Source: a virus
Lineage: Duplodnaviria > Caudoviricetes
Virus record (IMG/VR): IMGVR_UViG_2773857985_000001
Coordinates: 17,890 to 81,889 of that record
Strand: one strand, 5' to 3'
Length of the DNA: 64,000 nucleotides
A model generated the notes under the pieces. It saw nothing but the letters and a program-made list of their open reading frames with translations, was not told the DNA's origin and searched no databases. A program made the position numbers and the translations under genes. Position 1 is the first letter of the stretch. Each line of letters starts with the position of its first letter. Below are positions 58,301 through 64,000 of the stretch, piece after piece.

Positions 58301-60869
58301 CTGGAAGCGGAACAGGCGACGGTTGTGGCCGCAGTCGGGGCACTTGCCGTAGCGGCTGCTGCCGACGATCAGCGCTTCTTCCTGGCGCCGCAGCTCGGTC
58401 TCGTGGTCGCGGTAGGTGATGCCGCAGCGGGAGCAGTCGCCGGGGTGAAAGAGCGAGCCGCCAGGGGCGACGATCGGGAAGCGGTGCTTGCAGAGGGAGA
58501 TCTTCACGGCGTTGCCTCCACGGGGTAGTTGTCGGGCAGGGGGTCGATGCCGCGGATGTCGACGGGGCCGACCAGTCCGTCGACGTGGACGACGGTCAGG
58601 CCGTGCTGCACGTCGACCGCGGCGGTGCGGGTGCGGGTGGTGCGGGGGCGTTCCGCCTGCGTCTCCGGGAAGGCGCGGACCGGCGTGCCGACGGCGTACA
58701 GGCGGTTGAAGGTCTCGGCGTCCATCACGACGCCTCCTGGGCTCGGCGGCGAAGCTGGACGGCGATGTCGCGGCACAGTCCCTGCTCGACCGAGCCAGCC
58801 CCGTAGCGGGCGACCAGATCGGCGGCAGCCGTGAACGCGGCAGCCGTGGCACGGTCGCGTTCGGCGCGGACCGCGGCCAACTCGGCGAGGAGCTCGCGGG
58901 TTCCGTCGGCCGGGCCGTGGGCCGAGCAGCAGGCGAACCCGATGTTCGGGTGGCCCTCGTACACGGCGACCGCTGCGGCGATCTCAGCTTCGCGCTGCGG
59001 CGACAGGCGGGCGGTCATGACGCCTCCCCGTTGTTGAGTCGGCGGGCGTCGGTGGCGGCGCCGCGCATGACGCGGGCCCGGTAGCCGTGCTGGTCTGTCT
59101 CGGCGTCAGCCAGACCGTCGAAGAAAGCGGCGGCCTCCTCGAAGGCGGCGGTTCGGGCCTCGGCGGTCAGCTCGTCGATGGCGTCGCGGTAGTGGGCGGT
59201 GCCGATGAAAGCCCGGACGGCGCCCCGGTCCAGCTTCGAGGCGAGCGTCCCGATGGCGTCGGCCTGGAGGGCGTGCTGCTTACTGCCGGTGGAGTAGTAC
59301 TCGCTGGCCTTCTTCACCAGCCAGTCGACGGTCTCGACCTTGGCCTCGGCGAGGATCTGGGCACGGTAGGCGTCGACCAACTTCTGTGCGCTGGTCTCGT
59401 CGCCACCCCGGCGGGACGCCAGCCCCGACACGATCGCCTCGGCGGGCGTGCGGGTGGCCTTGCACCAGCGGCAGGCGAGCCCGTTCCCCCAGTCGTGACC
59501 GGGCGGGTTCGTCGGGCACGTGGCAGCCTGCTCGGCCGCCATCTCAGCCGCGAGAGCCTCCGCCCACACCTCCTCCGACACCGGGTCGACGTGGGTCAGC
59601 GCGATGTAGGCGCCCTCCCCCTCCACCCAGACCACCGGGTCACCGGACGCGGACAGTTGGGCTGCGGTGCGGGTGCGGGTCACGAGGCGGGTACCCGTGC
59701 CGTCCTCCGGACGGCAGCCCGGGTAGGCGAACACCAGAGTGCCGACCGGGTGCAGGGCGTTCCACTGCTCGGCATTCACGACGCCACCTCGGTTCCCTCG
59801 GCCGCCTGGTCGGCGAGCTTCTCCAGGTGCTCGGCTGCGGCGTCCAAGCCGTGCGTGTAGCCGTTGAGGTACTCGCGGGAGTACTCGCCGTCCGACGGGC
59901 GACTCTCCATGCCCTCGACGGCCGTCGACGCCTCGGAGAAGACGCTGGACCGGTAGGCGCGCGGCTGGGCGAACGGGTCGTCCGCGTGCGGCATCGCCTG
60001 GTTGTAGAGCCACTGGGCTCCCAGCGCGTCCGCGCCGGGGTCGGTCGAGTCGAAGATGAACGACGACAGCGAACGGCCAGCCGCCGCCAGGGCGTTCTCC
60101 AACTCGGCGATGCGGGCCGCCTGCCGCTTCTCCACCGTCTCCGCCTCGTGCTGCGGGGTGAAGACCTGGGTGCCGTACTTGGTGGCGGTGGCGCACGGCC
60201 AGCCCGTGACGACGCCGTCCTCCCAGCAGACCGCGCACAGCCACGAGTTCGGCACGCCGCAGTCGTCGAAGACGGGAACGTGGAAGCGGGCCGGGAGCTT
60301 CGCGTTCTCCTCCAGGGAGAAGCCGGCGAGGATCTCGTAGTGCGGGTGGTCGGGGGCCTGGAGGAGCGTGGCGCGCTGGGCGCAGCCCTCGTGCTCCACC
60401 GGCTCCCCGGCCGCGACGTTGCCACGGCAGGTGCCGCACGCGGACGGGTCAGCGGAGGTGCTGCCCTTGGCGAGGAACTCGGAGCGGGCCTTGACCCAGA
60501 ACGGGTCGAGATCGGAGACGGTCATCGGCCGTTCTCCTTCCGATACGTGGAACCGGTGATGCCACCCGGAGTCATGCCGATACCGGTTCCGCTCGCCATG
60601 AAGCTGCCCGCGGACTGGTAGCCGCGTCCGGTGCGACTGGGGGCGTTGGAGCGGAGCTTCTCCGTCCACTCGCCCCAACTGACGTGCACGTGCGTGCCCG
60701 CCACGAGCGCCGCGTGCAGAGCGGCGGAGTACGGCAGCAGGTAGTCGTGGCGGCCGTGGGCGTACTTCAGGTCGTTGCACAGGCTGCAGTGGCAGCCCAT
60801 GCCGTCTTTGCCGGACAGTTCGTCGTCGAACGGGGAGAAGTCCAGCGGAGTCTGGGATGATCGAGGCAC
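55380..60869 (-). other. Early operon of about 15 small hypothetical ORFs (55380-55727, 55858-56199, 56308-56763, 56846-57322, 57319-57495, 57492-57755, 57752-57955, 57957-58172, 58169-58507, 58504-58728, 58725-59018, 59015-59779, 59776-60525, 60522-60869)
   Basis: Mostly ATGA/GTGA-coupled ORFs, several ending in EAS/EVA/EAAA codons that encode the next gene's RBS; GC hairpins near 55754 and 56229. Confidence 0.65.
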
Positions 60870-60960
60870 GTGAAGCCCCTTTCGTTGCGTGCTCTGGATG
60901 GGGTGGAGCGTGAGGTCGTCGCGGGCTTAGCGGGTCGCGGCGGCCTCTTTGCGTTGCCGG

Positions 60961-61287
60961 TCAGGCGGCAGCGCGGGCGGTGCTGAGCGGCTTGGCGTAC
61001 TTGTTCGGCACGCGCTCGCCCTGGGCCTGCACCCAGCGGATGTGGTCGGCCGTCATGCGCGGCGACTTGCCGACGTAGGTGTGGGGGATTCGGCCGGCCT
61101 GGATGTTCTCGACCACCCAGTTCTCGGTCTTGCCGAGGAGTTCGGCGGCCCGCGCCGGCGTGAACGCGGTCAGTTCCAGCTCGGCGGGGCTCGGGCCGGA
61201 GGCCAGTCGCTCAACAGCTGCGGTGAGCTGGGTCAGGTGCAGGATCAGGGTCTCGTCGGTGGGGGGATCCAGATCGTTCTTGATCAC
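60961..61287 (-). CDS. Excisionase-like HTH protein
   Basis: FTPARAAELLGKTENWV...GRIPHTYVGKSPRMT. Confidence 0.8.
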   Translation of the reverse strand: MIKNDLDPPTDETLILHLTQLTAAVERLASGPSPAELELTAFTPARAAELLGKTENWVVENIQAGRIPHTYVGKSPRMTADHIRWVQAQGERVPNKYAKPLSTARAAA

Positions 61288-61492
61288 GGGGTGTCTCCTT
61301 GTGGGTTATGGCGGCGATTGGCACGGCGAGACGCTCGGCGTAGCGGTGGAGGGTTTCGGCTCCTGCTCCTTGTTGGTCGCGTTCGACCTTGGAGAGGAAG
61401 CCGACGTCTCGGCCGATGTCTTTGGCGAGCTGCTGAAGGCTGATCCCCCGTGCCTCGCGGATTGCCTTCATTGCGGCTCCGTTCGGTCTCAC
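61211..61492 (-). CDS. Cro-like XRE HTH protein
   Basis: NGAAMKAIREARGISLQQLA..IG....FLSKVERD; divergent from repressor. Confidence 0.85.
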   Translation of the reverse strand: MRPNGAAMKAIREARGISLQQLAKDIGRDVGFLSKVERDQQGAGAETLHRYAERLAVPIAAITHKETPRDQERSGSPHRRDPDPAPDPAHRSC

Positions 61493-61539
61493 ACCCGCAA
61501 CGTAGACCCAATGAAGGCTGGAAGGCAAGCCGTTGCGCT

Positions 61540-61594
61540 GGATTCGTTGGGTGTAGTTCGGGATTGCTTGGGTGTGAGTGGCCGTGTTGGGTGT
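61540..61594. promoter_or_regulatory. Repeated operator sites of the immunity switch
   Basis: TTGGGTGT at 61547, 61568, 61587 between cro and repressor. Confidence 0.55.
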
Positions 61595-61761
61595 CGAACC
61601 CATGGCCATAGGAGTTCGGTGAGCAAGGGCGCACTCACGGCGCGCGAGCGCAACGAAGGGCCAACGAGGCAACAAAAATGCGCCCCCATCACCGATCAAT
61701 CCTGGTCAATTGGGGGAATCGATGGGTGCGTGTTGCCAACCGGTGCGGCATGATGAAGGCC

Positions 61762-62304
61762 ATGACAGAGGACCGGACCACCTGGCAGTGGGGCAAGCTC
61801 GGAGCAGCCATCAAGGCAGCCCGCGAAGCGCGCGGCCTCCGCCAGATCGACCTCGCCGAACGCGCCGGCGTCAGCGAGGGCACCGTCCAGAACCTCGAAG
61901 GCGGCGAACCGCGTTCGCGCATGCCGCAGAGCCTCGCCAAAGTCGAGCCCCACATCGGATGGGCGGCCGGCTCGGGCCTCGCCGTCCTCCGCGGCGGCGA
62001 ACCGACCCTTGTCCCGGTCGTTCACGAAGCCACCGCCACGCTCGGACGCGGCAATGATCCGTTGCGGGAGAAGCTGCCGCTGCGGGTCGTCGACGAGTTG
62101 GAGAGCGACGACCCGCTGATCGACTCGCAGGTGATCCAACTGCCCGGCATTCCGGGCGCCCGCATGACGGTAGTGGTGCACGGCAGTCGGGATGCGACGC
62201 CGGAGCAGATCCAGGAGGCACTGCTCGCCTGGCGGCGCGCCGAGGCGAACCTGCACCGCCTGCCGGACGACCCCGACGAACCACGGGCAGCGAACGGGCA
62301 GTAA
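61762..62304 (+). CDS. Immunity repressor (XRE HTH)
   Basis: LGAAIKAAREARGLRQIDLAERAGVSEGTVQNLEGG; upstream of integrase. Confidence 0.88.
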   Translation: MTEDRTTWQWGKLGAAIKAAREARGLRQIDLAERAGVSEGTVQNLEGGEPRSRMPQSLAKVEPHIGWAAGSGLAVLRGGEPTLVPVVHEATATLGRGNDPLREKLPLRVVDELESDDPLIDSQVIQLPGIPGARMTVVVHGSRDATPEQIQEALLAWRRAEANLHRLPDDPDEPRAANGQ

Positions 62305-62411
62305 CTATCTGCACAGTTCGTTGCGCACGATCCCTCCACATTTCACTCTCTGGTGTGGTCTCATATCCGGACACCACAAAGGGGGGCACCCGTGGTGGTC
62401 TTGGGGGACCT

Positions 62412-62630
62412 ATGAATGTGCGGGTTCTGCGCGTGTCAGAGATGCCGTTCAACGTGGACGTCTGGGTTGACGACCGGGACAACGGCACCTTCGTCATCTA
62501 CATCGACCGTGACCTGATCACGGACCGCGGCGCGGGGGCGCTGCAGCAGATGCTGGGCACCACCATCGCCGGCTGGCGGCGGTTGGATGATTCACACGTC
62601 TACGCCACACTTCGAGCCGTCACCGGCTAA
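62412..62630 (+). CDS. Small hypothetical protein
   Basis: 72 aa with GGGGGA RBS, between repressor and integrase. Confidence 0.65.
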   Translation: MNVRVLRVSEMPFNVDVWVDDRDNGTFVIYIDRDLITDRGAGALQQMLGTTIAGWRRLDDSHVYATLRAVTG

Positions 62631-62653
62631 CCAACAGCTCGGCGAGGTGCACG

Positions 62654-64000
62654 ATGGCGTATGGGGAAAAGCGCAGCTACGACAAGAAGGCCCGCAAGTG
62701 GCGGTACCGCGGGCGGTACAAGAAGCCTGACGGGACGTGGGGGTCCGTCAGCAAGGACGACGAGGGGCAGCCGTTTCACACTGAGCGGGCTGCGGAGGAA
62801 TACGCGCACGGTCTGGAAACCGACGTGCGCCGCAAGACGTACCTGGACCCGAAGAACAGCCGGATCACTGTTCAGGAGTGGTCGGAGCTGTGGATCGAGT
62901 CGGTGGAGCTCGCCAACCGCAGCGACAAGACGTACCGGCAGCGCCTCCGGTCGGTGATCGTCCCGAGGTGGGGGAAGCTCGCCATGGGCGACGTCACCAC
63001 CGTCGCCGTCAAGACCTGGGAGCAGCAGCTGCGCAAGCAGTACAAGCCCCGGTACGTCAAGTCGGTCATGTCGGTGCTGCGTGTCATGTTCGATGACGCG
63101 GTCGCCTCCAAAGTCCGTGCCGACAACCCCGTGCCCACGCTGCAGTCGCGGAGGCGCGGCAAGTTCAAGGGGAAGCAGGAGCACGACGAAGTCGTCATCG
63201 CGACCCCGCGCCAGGCGCTGCTGCTGGCGCGGAATGCGAAGGCGATGCGCGGCGTCGTCGGCTACACGCTGGTCCTGACCGTCGCCTACTGCGGCCTGCG
63301 GATCTCCGAGGTCGCCGGTCTGCGCCGGGAGCACCTCGTCCTCGACGACCACGGCCAGGGATGCCGTCTCCTGGTGCAGGAGCAGAGCCAGTACGTGGAC
63401 GGCGAGAAGCAGCAGGTGCCGCCGAAGTACGGGTCGACGGGCAGCATCATCCTGCCGCCGTTCCTCGCCGGCCTGCTGCGGCAGGTGCTGGCATCCCATG
63501 ACAAGGAGTGGGTGTTCCCCAGTCCGACGGGCAAGAAGATGGACACCGGGGCCTACTTCTACGCTGACATCTGGCGGCGCTGGGTCGACGGCCATCAGGC
63601 GGTACCCGACCGGCTGGGAAGGCCGGCGAGGCTCCCGAGCATGCAGGCCGTCGCCGGGATCCGGGACATCGTGCCGCACGGGCTGCGGCACAGCATGAAG
63701 GTGTGGCTGGACGAGCTGAAGCATCCGCGGGTGGCGGTGGAGGAGCGGATGCGGCACGTCCTGCCGGGCGTGGAGGGCACGTACTCGCACACGACGCTGG
63801 CGATGGAGTTGGACATCGCCGCGGATCTGCAGAAGCTGTGGGAGACAGCGCTGGGGGTGAGGGACCACCATCGGGAGTGGGAGGCTCCTCGGCCTCGCCG
63901 GAAGCGGCAGCAGGGGTTGAAGTTGATCTCCCAGGAATCTCCCACGGCCTTGCCGGTCGATGTTGCCGAGGTCGAGGCTGAGGGTGGTGAGGTCGCGTGA
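62654..64000 (+). CDS. int: Tyrosine integrase
   Basis: GLRISEV (R), PPK (K), HGLRHS (HxxR), MRH, GTYSH (Y); N-terminal arm-binding domain. Confidence 0.95.
   Translation: MAYGEKRSYDKKARKWRYRGRYKKPDGTWGSVSKDDEGQPFHTERAAEEYAHGLETDVRRKTYLDPKNSRITVQEWSELWIESVELANRSDKTYRQRLRSVIVPRWGKLAMGDVTTVAVKTWEQQLRKQYKPRYVKSVMSVLRVMFDDAVASKVRADNPVPTLQSRRRGKFKGKQEHDEVVIATPRQALLLARNAKAMRGVVGYTLVLTVAYCGLRISEVAGLRREHLVLDDHGQGCRLLVQEQSQYVDGEKQQVPPKYGSTGSIILPPFLAGLLRQVLASHDKEWVFPSPTGKKMDTGAYFYADIWRRWVDGHQAVPDRLGRPARLPSMQAVAGIRDIVPHGLRHSMKVWLDELKHPRVAVEERMRHVLPGVEGTYSHTTLAMELDIAADLQKLWETALGVRDHHREWEAPRPRRKRQQGLKLISQESPTALPVDVAEVEAEGGEVA

Larger units (their letters stand above)
1..64000 (-). mobile_element. Temperate siphovirus/prophage of an actinomycete (probably Streptomyces); tail and lysis end truncated by the window
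   Basis: Integrase-repressor-cro-xis at right; terminase-portal-scaffold-capsid-connector-tail order at left; very high GC; ATGA/GTGA-coupled genes. Confidence 0.97.

Noticed and set aside
61211-61290. Cro C-terminal extension overlapping xis by 77 bp as a frameshift
   Set aside because: Could be a C-run indel but the HTH is intact; cannot be judged without homologues.
1-64000. tRNA, rRNA, reverse transcriptase/DGR or transposase genes
   Set aside because: None recognised by eye; a tRNAscan or Infernal run would be needed to exclude small RNAs.

Overview
High-GC actinobacterial (most likely Streptomyces) temperate siphovirus or prophage, read almost entirely on the minus strand. From right to left it carries: a tyrosine integrase, repressor, Cro and Xis switch (61-64 kb); early genes including a RecE-like exonuclease, a putative annealing protein, two DNA methyltransferases, an RHH-controlled HNH cassette and a lambda-O-like replication initiator (38.5-61 kb); a plus-strand accessory island with an HTH-Nudix/Nudix pair and a toxin-antitoxin-like pair (35-38.5 kb); an embedded Streptomyces-type conjugation module with a TraB/FtsK translocase, an SpdB2-like membrane protein and a clt-like 8-bp repeat array but no visible Rep or Int of its own (about 24-36 kb); a late cluster of displaced virion-type genes plus a GT2 glycosyltransferase, two SAM methyltransferases and an NDP-sugar epimerase (14-19 kb); a packaging HNH, a GATC-dense putative packaging-end region and a stand-alone primase; then terminase, portal, scaffold, capsid, a capsid-coupled GT4 glycosyltransferase, head-tail connectors and the major tail protein. 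Tape measure and lysis genes would lie beyond the left edge. The best candidates for undescribed systems are (1) a phage that may also transfer by TraB/clt conjugation, (2) a multi-enzyme virion glycosylation and glycan-methylation pathway, and (3) cis-regulatory motifs in the late region (CUGGN-loop hairpins, a gene-boundary motif, a GATC cluster). All product calls come from motif and synteny recognition by eye; no database searches were run.
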